From positions 124,310,001 through 124,374,000 of the forward strand of contig OX597818.1 of NCBI GenBank assembly GCA_951406725.2: a stretch of DNA of 64,000 nucleotides, in the 5' to 3' direction. The position numbers and the translations under genes are program-made. This stretch comes from Octopus vulgaris (Eukaryota). Under the pieces are notes generated by a model. It searched no databases. It was not told the origin of the DNA and saw only the letters and a program-made list of their open reading frames with translations. Positions 13,857 to 27,228 of this stretch are shown piece by piece (position 1 is the first letter of the stretch; every line of letters begins with the position of its first letter).

Positions 13857-13857
<1 letters not shown>
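11706..13857 (-). mobile_element. R4/Dong-like non-LTR retrotransposon (RT plus RLE), 5'-truncated and frameshifted, inserted in (TAA)n
   Basis: [43 protein letters not shown]; TAA repeats on both flanks. Confidence 0.9.
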
Positions 13858-13954
<97 letters not shown>

Positions 13955-14003
13955 CCACCACCACCACCACCACCACCACCACCACCACCACCATCATCAT
14001 CAC

Positions 14004-14038
<35 letters not shown>

Positions 14039-14126
14039 ACACCACCACCACCACCACCACCATCACCATCATCACCACCACCACCATCATCATCATCATT
14101 ATCATTATCATCATCATCATCATTAT
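13858..14126. repeat. Compound triplet microsatellite (ATT)n-(ATC)n-(ACC)n
   Basis: Read directly. Confidence 0.97.
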
Positions 14127-14889
14127 TGTTAGATACTGTAGTATTTTGGTCATCATTTATATCGGATACAGTTATATAGCAGACCTAGGTTGTATTTGCT
14201 ATCTGGATAACTTAGAGTATATTCGTCATTACCACAGTTTTTGATTTCTTACAGTTTGATTGCTACTCTACTATCAACTAAATGTGTATTTTGCGCTGTA
14301 TCTACTAAATATCATACTATATCTACAAGAGGTGAGGAAATGCTCACCCAATACCCTAAAGAATATTCCTGACATATCTGAGGCTACAGGAGTTTCGAAG
14401 AGGACATTAAACCACGTGATATTTCTCTTAGGTAATCTGCTTCTACTGGTTTTGTTATCAAAACCAGTAATCTAATTTTATTGTCTTTGATGCTATTAAT
14501 TAAATTACAATAATGTTCCAAAGATATAGAAAAGCCTCTATATTTAAAGAGAATTATAATTAAACTTGTTTTCTTATTTCTTCCTGTTCTACGTAACTAG
14601 ATTCACTGGTAAGGAGTTAACAGTTGTATGATGATCTCGCTTATTTAGTTAACATAGATCAATTGACAAACACACACACACACATGTATGATGTATATAT
14701 ATGTATATACACAAACACATACATTCACACATACATATACATGTATGTATATATGTGTTTGTATATATGTATATCTACATCCATATTTATATATATATAT
14801 ATTATATTACACGTATATATATACATACATATATACATACATACATATATATGTATATATATATATACACACACACACACATATATATA

Positions 14890-15123
14890 CTCTTTACTCT
14901 CTTGTACTCTTTTACTTGTTTCAGTCGTTTGACTGTGGCCATGCTGGAGCACCGCCTTTAGTCGAGCAAATCGACTCCAGCACTTATTCTTTGGAAGCCT
15001 GTTACTTATTCTATCGGTCACTTTCAATGAACCGCTAAGTTACGGGGACGTAAACACACCAGCATCGGTTGTCAAGCGATGTTGGGGGACAAACACATAC
15101 ACACAAACATATACACACACATA

Positions 15124-15172
<49 letters not shown>

Positions 15173-15335
15173 CGACGGGCTTCTTTCAGTTTCCCTCTAC
15201 CAAATCCACTCACAAGGCTTTGGTCGGCTCGAGGCTATAGTAGAAGACACTTGCCCATGATGCCATGCACTGGGACTGAACCCGGAACCATGTGGCTGGT
15301 AAGCAAGCTACTTACCACACAGCCACTCCTGTGCC
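14890..15335 (-). mobile_element. SINE family B, full length
   Basis: Head, internal TA/CA microsatellite and tail ending in agtaaaag repeats. Confidence 0.88.
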
Positions 15336-15413
<78 letters not shown>

Positions 15414-15414
<1 letters not shown>

Positions 15415-16110
15415 ACATAAGGGACATTAGCCATTTGAATGTGGCTAGGGACAGGGCAGGGTGGTGGGGGTGTTACTGATGCATTTAGCCCCAGGCGATC
15501 ATCAACGTCACCAGATAGGCTGACACCATCACGGTGTCCTCTATCCTGCAAAGGGAGATCATTCCCCGAAGAAGCGGATGCCACATACGGACCCAGGTTT
15601 CAAGGTATTTGCCTATCGTCAACGTATGGCAGGCACCGCTCCTCGACGAACAACTTCCTGTGCAGGATATTTGTCTCTAGCAACATTCAAATGGCTAATG
15701 TCCCTTATGTGATGGAGCAGTTACTGTCTATATCTCGTTTAGAGAATTATTATTGCTGTCGAACAGATTTTCGAAATCAGTAAATGTATTTACGTGAAAA
15801 TCTATATTTAAATATCCTGCACAGGAAGTTGTTCGTCGAGGAGCGGTGCCTGCCATACGTTGACGATAGGCAAATACCTTGAAACCTGGGTCCGTATGTG
15901 GCATCCGCTTCTTCGGGGAATGATCTCCCTTTGCAGGATAGAGGACACCGTGATGGTGTCAGCCTATCTGGTGACGTTGATGATCGCCGGGGGCTAAATG
16001 CATCAGTAACACCCCCACCGCCCTGCCCTGTCCCTAGCCACATTCAAATGGCTAATTTCCCTTATGTGATGGAGCAGTTACTGTCTACATCTCGTTTAGA
16101 GAATTATTAT
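15414..16110. mobile_element. Unclassified 357-bp terminally redundant unit with a 259-bp inverted copy, embedded in (TA)n
   Basis: 15414-15672 is the reverse complement of 15810-16068 (3 mismatches seen); 15672-15753 is repeated at 16029-16110. Confidence 0.85.
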
Positions 16111-16127
16111 ATATATATATACATATA

Positions 16128-16293
<166 letters not shown>

Positions 16294-16574
16294 GTACAGG
16301 ACGTCACAAAACGTAAAAAACATGAAATACGAAAACAACATGAGATACGAAGACAAACTTGGATATGCAAACAAACGAGAGAAACAAATGGAAAACAAGA
16401 CAAGTAACATAAAGGACGACCCTTCATAAGTTGTTGGCTATCCATCTACTCCTTATTTCGAGCATTTAACGACAATATGAGGCTTCGAAAGGCTGTTGCT
16501 CACGCGAGCCAAAATGAAATTTGGGTTTGCTGAGGGTCAAAGTTGGTAACACAAACAGGGCAGGGCCTAGAAAT

Positions 16575-16753
16575 TTTAGTCGGATGAAACGACTCCAGTA
16601 TTTTTTTTTTTTCAACCTGGCATTTATTCTATTGGTCTCTTTGTCAAACCGCTAAGCTACGTGGACCTAAACACACCAAAAACTGGTTGTCAAGCGACAT
16701 TGGAGGGCCAACGCACACACAAACATACACACATACACACATGCGCGCACACA

Positions 16754-16800
<47 letters not shown>

Positions 16801-16968
16801 ACACATGACAGTCTTCTTTTAGTTTCGGCTTACCAAATCCACTCACAAGGCTTTTGTCGGCCCGAGGCTATAGTAAAATACACTTGTCCAAGGTGCCACG
16901 TGGTCGGACTGAACCCGGAACCATGCGGTTAGGAAACAAACTTCTTACCACACAGCTGCGCCTGCACC
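16575..16968 (-). mobile_element. SINE family B, diverged
   Basis: Homology to other B copies. Confidence 0.75.
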
Positions 16969-17364
16969 TGTGCACATAGACTATGAATCTGGTCGGGCAT
17001 ACCAATGCAAATGGCCAATTGTTGAAACCCAGTATACTTATACATAACAATAAAACATCAAACCAGTACAGCGTATAATATCAATAAAAGCCACAAGATC
17101 AGGAGTTACGTGACAATTTTCATTAGCCTACAACTGTCAGCTAATATAAGCTAAGTGTATTGCGTAACTCGTGCTCTTATGTAATTCGTTAATTAAGATA
17201 AGTATAAAACTGGAAAATTTTGATATTATTCATTCCACATTACATATGTTTCGTTACCAGTAGGAGTTACATTGGGTTACATGTAGAAAACCATGTAATA
17301 CAGCTCTTATTAGCAGTTCATTAGAGAGAGAAATAAAATAGTACATGCTTACATTGGATGGTGC

Positions 17365-17439
<75 letters not shown>

Positions 17440-17443
17440 ATGC

Positions 17444-17475
<32 letters not shown>

Positions 17476-17480
17476 GTATA

Positions 17481-17677
17481 GGGGGGAGAATTCACCAAAA
17501 ACAAAACAAAAGACGAAGACAGGTGGTGTAGACAACAAACAGATGTATTAGTATAACGCTTGGGAAGTGAAAAAGTCTTTAACATTTCGAGCCTACGCTC
17601 TTCCACAGAAAGGAACACAGAAAGAAACAAGGAGAGAAAATAAAGAATGTGTAGTGGGTAGCGATCGATCATGGCGA
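17481..17677 (-). mobile_element. Family F Penelope-like fragment with variant hammerhead at 17577-17612
   Basis: Minus strand: cttt CTGTGGA a gagc gtag gctc GAAA tg TT aaag; TA-rich flanks. Confidence 0.6.
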
Positions 17678-17729
17678 AAGATATATATACATATACACAT
17701 ATATATATACATACACACATACATACATA

Positions 17730-17784
<55 letters not shown>

Positions 17785-18274
17785 TGAATATTAATTAGGA
17801 GTCGTATAGCTAGAAAGGAATATAGGGAAGAAATAGTAGTTATATTATCAATGAGAGAGAGTGTATGTGGGGGTGGTGGGGAGAGCATGTAGGCGCGTGT
17901 TATAATATATGTATGTAAGTTTATCTCTATAGATTTTCAAGAGAATTTAGAGCTAGCACTGAGAGTAACGACCTTTCGTATGCGAATGCGATCGAAGATA
18001 GAAAAATGGGTAATGGGTGCATTATGCATATTTCATAAGTTATTGCTCCTTCTCCAGTGTCACATGCAACCCATTAACTATCCACGAACACATTGCTTAA
18101 GTAGCCACAAAGTTTAGCGATTTTTTAGCCCAGCTAAAGATCTACAATGTCTTATACAAAATTGGCAACTAAAACCTTTACTGGTAATAGCCGGCTGTAG
18201 TTGTAACTTTGCATACATGCATACATACATACATACATACATACATACATACATACATACATACATACATACAT

Positions 18275-18717
18275 AGGCGCAGGAGTGGGTGTCTGGTAAG
18301 TAGCTTGCTTACCAACCAAATGGTTCCGGGTTCAGTCCCACTGCATGGCACCTTGGGCAAGTGTCTTCTACAATAGCCTCGAGCCGACCAAAGCCTTGTG
18401 AGTGGATTTGGTAGATGGAAACTGAAAGACGCCCGTCGTATATATGTATATATATATGTATATATATATATGTATGTATGTGTGTATATATGTTTGTGTG
18501 TCTGTGTTTGTCCCCCAACATCGCTTGACAACCGATGCTAGTGTGTTTACGTCCCCGTTACTTAGCGGTTCGGCAAAAGAGACCGATAGAATAAGTACTA
18601 GGCTTACAAGGAATAAGTCCTGGGGACAATTTGCTCGATCGACTAAAGACGGTGCTCCAGCATGGCCACAGTCAAATGACTGAAACAAGTAAAAGAGTAA
18701 AGAGAGTAAGAAGAGAG
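18275..18717 (+). mobile_element. SINE family B, full length
   Basis: ggcgcaggagtgg... through ...gaaacaagtaaaagagtaaagagag. Confidence 0.9.
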
Positions 18718-18755
18718 TATACATACATACATACATATATACATACATACATACA

Positions 18756-18831
<76 letters not shown>

Positions 18832-18846
18832 CATATATATATATAC

Positions 18847-18892
<46 letters not shown>

Positions 18893-18893
<1 letters not shown>

Positions 18894-19102
18894 TTTTTAG
18901 TCGAAGAAAACTACTCCAGGACTTATTCCTTGTAAACATAGTATTTATTGTATCGGTTTCTTTTGCCGAACTGCTAAGTTAGGGGACGTAAAAAAACAAC
19001 AACCAACATCGGTTGTCGAACGATGGTGGGGAAACAAATATTAACACAAAGACACACATAAACACACACACACATACACACACACACAAACACACACACA
19101 CA

Positions 19103-19137
<35 letters not shown>

Positions 19138-19278
19138 GACGAGCTTCCTTCAGTTTCTGTCTACCAAATCCACTCACAAGGATTTGGTCATCCCGCGGCT
19201 ATAGTAGAAGACATTTGCCCAAGGTGCCATGCGGTGGGATTGAACCCGAAACCATGTGGCTGGAAAGCAAACTTCTTA
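18893..19278 (-). mobile_element. SINE family B, diverged
   Basis: Homologous to and inverted relative to 18275-18717. Confidence 0.8.
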
Positions 19279-20002
19279 TGGATGGATGGATTGATGGATG
19301 GATGGACGGACGGACGGACGGACGGATGGACGAACGGATGATGTACGTATAACCCCTGTATTTCGAGTCACGCATACTCTATTGTCAGAGGCACCAGACA
19401 TATATTTTGCTCTTGATGATATCCTATGAGCAACCCAGAATCGACAAGCCACGTGTTAAGCCAATCTTCAAAGAATTAAGTTTTATTAACTTTACATTGC
19501 TAAATGCATTGAGTGCTACATTCCATAATAGTACCCAATGGTTATATAAACAGGTAATTTAATATCTAACTTTTTTTATCAATATATCTATCAGGAACGT
19601 GCCGAATGGATAGACAAGGTAAGTAGTATCCACCTAAAACTATAAATATTTATTCTTTGGTCAAAGAAATAAGTGGTTTACAATTCATTATAAAATTTCT
19701 AGTTCTAAAGCATGATTTTCGGTGCACAATCCGGTAAATGACTATTATTTTGATATCAGATAGACACGATTTCCGCTGCCTTTCAATTTCATTGTATATA
19801 CTAAGCGTAACGATAATAATCGCGCATGCCGTGAGTTCGGATCTATAAAATATATAAAATCTAATTGACATGCAAACAGAAATTTCAACTGCTTCCGTAG
19901 GTTTCGTAACAGAATGAAAGTGCCCAGCTTGTATTACGTTTCACGGTGTGCTGTCGGTTTCTAATGATGAAGCTAATTACATGTCGTTCCATGTGAGCGT
20001 AT

Positions 20003-20040
<38 letters not shown>

Positions 20041-20299
20041 TGTGGTAGTGGCAGCAGCAGCAGCAGCATAGAAAATGGTGGTGGTAGTGGTGGCGGTGGT
20101 GGTGGTGGTAGTTGTAGTAGTAGTAGTAGTAGTAGTAGTACTAGGATGAGAGACAACATTCCCTGTTCAACCTCACCTTCAAGCGAAACTCGAATGATCT
20201 CTGAATACTTGGCTGAAGAAGAAAGTAGCTTTGAGTTTTCAATCTTGTCCATCACACAACCTTTTTTTTTTTTATATCATAGTTACCAATCAGATAGAG

Positions 20300-20592
20300 T
20301 GAAAGTGCGTGGCTTACTGGTTAGGGTATTCGGCTCACAGTCGTAAGATCGTGAGTTCAATTCCCGGTGACGTGTTGTGTCCTTGAGCAAGACACTTTAT
20401 TTCACGTTGCTTCATTCCACTTAGCTGGCAAAAATGCGTTGTACCTGTAGTTCAAACAGACCAGCCTTGTCACATTTTATGTGACGCTGAATCTCCATGA
20501 GAACTACGTTAGGGGTACACGGTCTGTGGAGTGCTCGGTCACTTGCACGTCAATCGGATCAACTGAAAAATCGTCGATGTAACCGACAGTGC
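20300..20592 (+). mobile_element. tRNA-derived SINE, family D head with tail type 2
   Basis: tggcttactggtta and gagttcaattccc boxes, gtccttgagcaagacactt core; tail shared with 46110-46297. Confidence 0.75.
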
Positions 20593-20632
20593 TTCTTAGC
20601 AGATAAAAACCGCCCGATTTTTCCGACCCCAG

Positions 20633-21206
20633 CAGTGGTTCTCGACCAATTTTGTCTGTGGACCATTTTAATTCCAGTTTTACACTACTGGACCTCTATA
20701 GCTATTCAGTGTTTAGAAAATCCTCTTATATTTTTACAATGAAATAATATTAGCAATTGTATAAAAAAAAATTGTTAAAATATTTTACGTATTGTAAAAT
20801 TATAACCAATATGTTGCACATGTGGAGGCGCAATGGCCTAGTGGTTAGGGCAGCAGACTCGCGGTCGTAGGATCGCGGTTTCGATTCCTAGACCGGGCGT
20901 TGTGAGTGTTTATTGAGCGAAAACACCTAAAAGCTCCACGAGTCTCCGGCAGGGGATGGTGATCCCTGCTGTACTCTTTCACCACCACTTACTCTCACTC
21001 TTTCTTCTGTTGGCCTGCTCGCTTAGCCAGCGGGGTGGCGTCATTTGAAGGCTAAAAGAATGCGAACGCATTGTGACCAGCGATGTGTAGCAACATCTGA
21101 TAGCCTGGTCGGTCACGGTGATCACGGTGATATTGCACATGCATTTTAACAATAAGATCTTATATGGGCCCACAAGGATTATATGGATCCCCGTTGAGAA
21201 CCACTG
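20633..21206. mobile_element. hAT-type MITE interrupted by a SINE
   Basis: TIRs cagtggttctc / gagaaccactg; related copies at 58017-58670. Confidence 0.7.
20822..21129 (+). mobile_element. SINE family C (tail type 1)
   Basis: tRNA-like head gtggaggcgcaatggcctagtggttagggcagc; flanked by the TSD ttgcacatg. Confidence 0.88.
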
Positions 21207-22041
21207 AGAACCACTGAGTCCTACAAAGAACTCAGCCGGTAATCGGATCCGTTCTACATGCGATACCTGCTGCTGAACAAAGCTCCACGAGTCACTATGC
21301 ATAGACACCGAAAGAGTACGTGCAAAACGGTTTTTTTCACTCTACACGCATCTTCTGTGCTTATAGGATTTGTACTGATCTACTAATGATCCTCATAGAC
21401 ACCGCCTGGCAAGAAATTCTCCGGAATAGGTGAGCCTGTTTGTCACTGACACCCAAGATCTCTGAGACTGTCGACGCACGTTCCCATAACAAATTCTCTA
21501 TACCGTGCCGCCTTAAGGTATGGACATACTGAACAGTTGCTCAGAAGTCTCACGGGTTTATGGGCCCGTATGTATGCTGTGGCTTGTTGCCAATGAATAA
21601 ACATTATAGTGTCCAGTGCACTGATTCGCCCAGAGGCCTGTAATGTTGCTAAGAGAGCCCTGCCTCCAAAGAATTCCAACGTAAAACTTCCAGGCAGCAT
21701 TGCATGACAGACAAAGGGTTATGAGCACTTGACAATATTCTCGATCTTTGCTTGATCCAGGATTGCAGCCCATTAAGGAAACAAACCAAGTAAAGACGTG
21801 CTTGACAAAGGGCAATCACACGTGTCGAGGAATATTTGTAGCTGTAGCAACAATATATTCTGTCCTTCATGCAAATGATGTTGACAACTATTGAACCATC
21901 TGATTAGGGAAACACATCTATACATACACGCACAAGCACATACACGCACAAGCACATACACGCATATATTATACATACATACATACATACATACATACAT
22001 ACATACATACATACATACATACATACATACATACATGCATA

Positions 22042-22125
<84 letters not shown>

Positions 22126-22144
22126 TGTCTGACCACCTCTGTCA

Positions 22145-22350
22145 GGCCATCGCCATTATTGACCGCTAGCTACTAAAGCTTTCTTTTTATTCTTTCTCTG
22201 TTTATTTTCTCGTATTCCTTTCTGTTGAAGAGCGTAGACTCGAAACGTAACACACTTTCTCACCTTCCCGAGCGTTAAACTAATACACCTGTTTGTTTGT
22301 TGTTTACACATGTCTTCGTCTTTTTTTTTTTTTTTTGTAAATTCCAACTG
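22145..22350 (+). mobile_element. Family F Penelope-like fragment with variant hammerhead at 22218-22253
   Basis: cttt CTGTTGA a gagc gtag actc GAAA cg TA acac. Confidence 0.55.
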
Positions 22351-22790
22351 TATATGAACTTGGCCTGACGAGTAGCCTGCGGTATACACCACACTTTGAT
22401 ATTTACCACTTTCGAGGTTCCGCTCGCTATGAAACATATAGAGCCTAGATCTTATCTTCTCCCTTCCTTAACTCTTGTATATATATATATATATACACAC
22501 ATACACAAACACATGCATATATGGGTACAGGACGTCACCAACAGTAAACAACATCAAATACGAAAGCAAATGAGTGGCTGTGTTTAAGTAGCTTGCTTAC
22601 CAACTACATTGTTCTGGGTTCAGTCTCACTGCGTGGCACCTTGGGCAAGTGTCTTGTACTATAGCCTCGTGCTAACCAAAGCCTTGTGAGTGAATTCGGT
22701 AGACGGAAACTGAAAGAAGCCCGACGTATGTGTGTGTGTGTATGTGCATTTGTTGTGTATACGCATGAATAGCTACAATCTTCTCAACAA

Positions 22791-23043
22791 TGGGATTACC
22801 CTGGGTTTCACTTCCATAAAGCGCTCAGCTTTACGGCGTTTCTTCAGACCCTAATGGCCAATGGCCTATAACTTCTGCTCAAAGTGGAGGGAGAAAAAAC
22901 GTCGTAGCTAGTTGTTGAACGCACGGTAAAACTAAGCACCTTATGAACGTGAAATCCAGGTTAAACCAATAGAAACTGTGTTCAACAACTAGCTACGCTA
23001 TAAAGCTAAGCGCTTTATGAACGGGAAACCTATGATAAACCCA
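22791..23043. mobile_element. MITE-like nested inverted repeat
   Basis: Imperfect outer arms of about 43 bp (22791-22833 / 23001-23043) and perfect 18-bp inner arms (22903-22920 / 22980-22997). Confidence 0.6.
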
Positions 23044-23325
23044 TAGATCGGCCATTACTATCTGTATCTAATTACTCAAGAGTTCTATAACTTAGAGTGT
23101 GCTACTCTTTCGGATTTATGATTTACTGACGATATATATATATATATGTTGTTTAGAAGTTTTTTTCGCTCTCTATAAATGTTACGGTAACATGCAGAAG
23201 CATTCGTTATGGTAGTTGAAACTCTTGCACTTCCTTCAGAATTTGGATCTTGAACTTGAAAAATAAAACTCGTAAACATGGGGTTTCGTTAAGCGGGTCC
23301 TCGTAAAGTGAGGTATTACTGTATA

Positions 23326-24686
23326 TATATACTACATGTGTGGAAAAATCAGTGTGTGTTTGTTTGTGGCGTTGTTAGCTAACTCCTCCTACATCGTTTT
23401 ATTGATTTTGATGAAACTTGACACATAAGTAGAACTCATGTCTGGAAACCTCGTGACATACTTAGATTGTTGACAGAAATCGATAATACGGCCCCTGGAA
23501 AGAATCTTTATATCTGTCTCATATAACTATTTTTTTAAACACTCAAGGGAAATAACCCGTAGCACCTGCATTTACAGTTGTTAGTTTTTAGCGAAGCGAT
23601 CAATATTTGATTTTCACGATCTGTGGACCTAATTCTGCATTTCACTACTCACAGTTTTCAACTGCTATACCTTATTATTGCACTTTCTTGATGCGTGTAC
23701 ACTTTTAATGCTCATAACTCCGATAATTCTGCATTTTTCCAATTAAAATGTTTCAATGACACTACATAAATTTTTGATTCCAGAACGTATTTAATAAGTG
23801 TGTCCCAATACAATGAACTCATACTTTGAATGCTTAAAATTCTTAAAAAATGAAACCAAAATTCCACACCACATTCAGTTGGGACACCCTGTATCACTTA
23901 CACTTATTTTACAAATGGTAATATTTATTGCTTATTTACAGTTCACACAACGTTTTCATGAAACGAACTGAGCCATCGAATTTAGAAATATTTTACAGGT
24001 TTCATTGTTTATGTTCGATTACTTTGAATATCGATTTTTTGTGTCCAATTTCTAATTTTTGCAAACAATATCACTTTTATACTTTATTTGACACGTGAGT
24101 AGAAGTCATGTCTGGAAACCTCGTGACATACTTAGATTGTTGAAAAATATCGATAATAGGCCATTCTATGGATCCTTCTATCTACTACATATTACTAATA
24201 TTTTATTTAAACAACCCAAGGGAAATAACTCATACCACCTGCACTTTTTAGCGAAGCGATCAATATCTGATTCTCACGATCAACAGACCTAATTCTGCAT
24301 TTCACTATTCAGTTTTTACCCTGCAAGACTGAAATTTTGGAACAAAGGTACTTCTCCCTCCGAAAACCTCTCTTGCCAACCTACGACAACCTCACTCGCC
24401 AACCCCCGATAACCTCTCTCGCCAACCTCCGACAACCTTTCTCGCCAACCTCCAAAAACCTCTCTCGACAACCTCCGACAACCTCTCTCGACAACCTCCA
24501 AAAACCTCTCTCGATAACCTCCAACAATTCTCTCCTTCCTAAAGCTGACAGTCTTTTTGTACATTTTCGCGACGGAAAATATATCTTTTGTGGCAGTTAT
24601 AATGAAATTGCTTTCTTATATCAGTGTAACAAGACGTTTCGATAGAACGTCTTTATCCCCGTGAATTTCCGGGTACAACAGCTAGT
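23326..24686 (+). mobile_element. Non-autonomous Helitron-like element with internal duplication and minisatellite
   Basis: 3' GC hairpin cccg..cggg followed by tacaacagCTAGt; gtttgtttgt near the 5' end; 23420-23660 duplicated at 24089-24316. Confidence 0.65.
24355..24530. repeat. ~23-bp minisatellite (acctctctcgccaacctccgaca), 7-8 copies
   Basis: Read directly. Confidence 0.85.
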
Positions 24687-24895
24687 ATATATATATAAAC
24701 TTAGATAAAGTTAGATATGTTCTGACCAAAAGATTGGTCCAGGTCATGTCTAACTTAATAGCACCAACTGATAGGATTATCTAAATCCTGTTTAAGTCAA
24801 GTTTTGTTTATGGCCCATTCAAGTAGTGAGTTCTTCTTGAGTGAGTTGTATCCAGGTATGGGTGGCTTATCCGATATTCCTTGGAGAAATCTGTC

Positions 24896-24940
<45 letters not shown>

Positions 24941-24947
24941 ATGTATG

Positions 24948-25028
<81 letters not shown>

Positions 25029-25206
25029 TATGAGAGGTAATGGTGTCAGTGAGACCCAAAGGTGTCAGGTAATACTGAATAAGTGCTATAGATAGACCAT
25101 AGTTAAGTTCCAGCTTCGGTGATTATGCAAATAAGGGGTCATATATCAGCAGGTTTGTTATCTCATTACGGAAAAAAAATCTGTTATATATATATATATA
25201 TATATA

Positions 25207-25565
25207 CTCTTACTCTTTAACTCGTTTCAGTCATTTGACTGCGGCCATGCTGGAGCACCGCCTTTAGTCGAGAAAATCGACCCCGGGACTTATTCTTTGT
25301 AAACCCAGTACTTATTCTATCGGTCTCTTTTGCCGAACCGCTAAGTGACGGGGACGTAAACACACCAGCTTCGGTTGTCAAGCAATGCCAGGGGGACAAA
25401 CACACGACAGGCTTCTTTCAGTTTCCGTCTACCAAATCCACTCACAAGGCATTGGTCGGCCCGGGGCTATAGCAGAATACACTTGCCCAAGATGCCAGGC
25501 AGTGGGACTGAACCCGGAACCATGTGGCTGGTTAGCAAGCTACTTACCACACAGCCACTCCTGCG

Positions 25566-25567
<2 letters not shown>
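25207..25567 (-). mobile_element. SINE family B lacking the internal microsatellite; partial copy also at 25680-25812
   Basis: Homology to other B copies. Confidence 0.88.
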
Positions 25568-25662
<95 letters not shown>

Positions 25663-25871
25663 TCTTTCTTTCTCTTTTTCTCTTTTACTTGTTTCAGTCA
25701 TTTGACTGCGGCCATGCTGGAGCACCACCTTTTAGTACTTATTCTATCGGTCTCTTTTGCCGAACCGCTAAGTGACGGGGACCTATCGGTTGTCAAGCAA
25801 TGCTAGGGGGCACCACAACACACAAACACACACACATATATATATATCATATATATATATATACTTGCCCA

Positions 25872-25936
<65 letters not shown>

Positions 25937-25951
25937 TATATACATATATAC

Positions 25952-26052
<101 letters not shown>

Positions 26053-26202
26053 GTAGAAAAATACAACATGGACAAGAACGTATAACTCTTAGAAGACGAC
26101 ACAATAAACACGGACAGGACATTCGAAACCCTCAGTCTTCAGTCAAGAACCGGATCATCGTAGTAATTTCGGCTGATATATGCTTGGATTAACTATATAT
26201 AT

Positions 26203-26610
26203 AGGAGTGGCTGTGTGGTAAGTAGCTTGCTAAACAACCACATGGTTCCGGGTTCAGTCCCACTGCGTGGCATCTTGGGCAAGTGTCTTCTGCTATAGCC
26301 CTGGGCCGACCAATGCCTTGTGAGTGGATTTGGTAGACGGAAACTGAAAGAAGCCTGTCGTATATATGTATATATATATATATATGTATATGTGTGTGTG
26401 TTTGTGTGTCTGTGTTTGTCCCCCTAGCATTGCTTGACAACCGATGCTGGTGTGTTTACGTCCCCGTCACTTAGCGGTTCGCCAAAAGAGACTGATAGAA
26501 TAAGTACTGGGCTTACAAAGAATAAGTCCCGGGGTCGATTTGCTCGACTAAAGGCGGTGCTCCAGCATGGCCGCAGTCAAATGACTGAAACAAATAAAAG
26601 AGTAAAAGAG
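26203..26610 (+). mobile_element. SINE family B, full length
   Basis: Near-identical to 42466-42876. Confidence 0.9.
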
Positions 26611-26852
26611 TATATATATATATATATATATGCTTGGATTAACTATATATATATATATATATATATAGGCCTGGGGCATCGCCATCAAGAGTTTAGTGCA
26701 TTATATCGATTTACTTTTATATGGTATATATTTTGTTGATATCTGTTTATCCGACTGCAAAAGTACACATTGAGGTGCGCGTGCGCACTCACATACATGC
26801 ACACACACAAACACACACGTACATACATGCACACAAACATATATATATATAC

Positions 26853-26920
26853 AATGGCTCAAACGGTAGAGTTGTTGCTTAGCATACGCGAAACAGCGAG
26901 ATCGATACCCGGATTCTCCA
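26853..26920 (+). pseudogene. tRNA-Ala(AGC) pseudogene
   Basis: gctcaaacggtagag..gcttAGCat..gagatcgatacccggattctcca matches the eukaryotic tRNA-Ala layout; 5' acceptor strand lost and anticodon stem broken. Confidence 0.75.
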
Positions 26921-26985
26921 GGTTACTATTTCTTTTTAAATAGTGGTTCCTCAACATTGCCACGGCTCTCAAACTGAAATTAACA

Positions 26986-27023
<38 letters not shown>

Positions 27024-27163
27024 ACGCAAAAAGTGCAAGAGAGACAGAGGAAGGAGAAATGGAGATAAGAAATAGAGAGAGAGCAGACAGTCCCTGCTTG
27101 CTTTACTACTAAACATTCGTAAACATAGCTCGTGTTTCCTGCATCCCGTGAATAATGCAGCTT

Positions 27164-27228
<65 letters not shown>

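Noticed and set aside
15970-16012. Hammerhead-like ttgatga...taaatgcatc in the 357-bp unit
   Set aside because: C3 and G12 are both missing and stem I pairs poorly
15439-16043. Duplicated [14 protein letters not shown]
   Set aside because: Non-ATG start, no domain similarity; a by-product of the inverted repeat
20822-20895. Functional tRNA gene
   Set aside because: It is the tRNA-derived head of SINE C, continuous with the SINE body and flanked by a TSD
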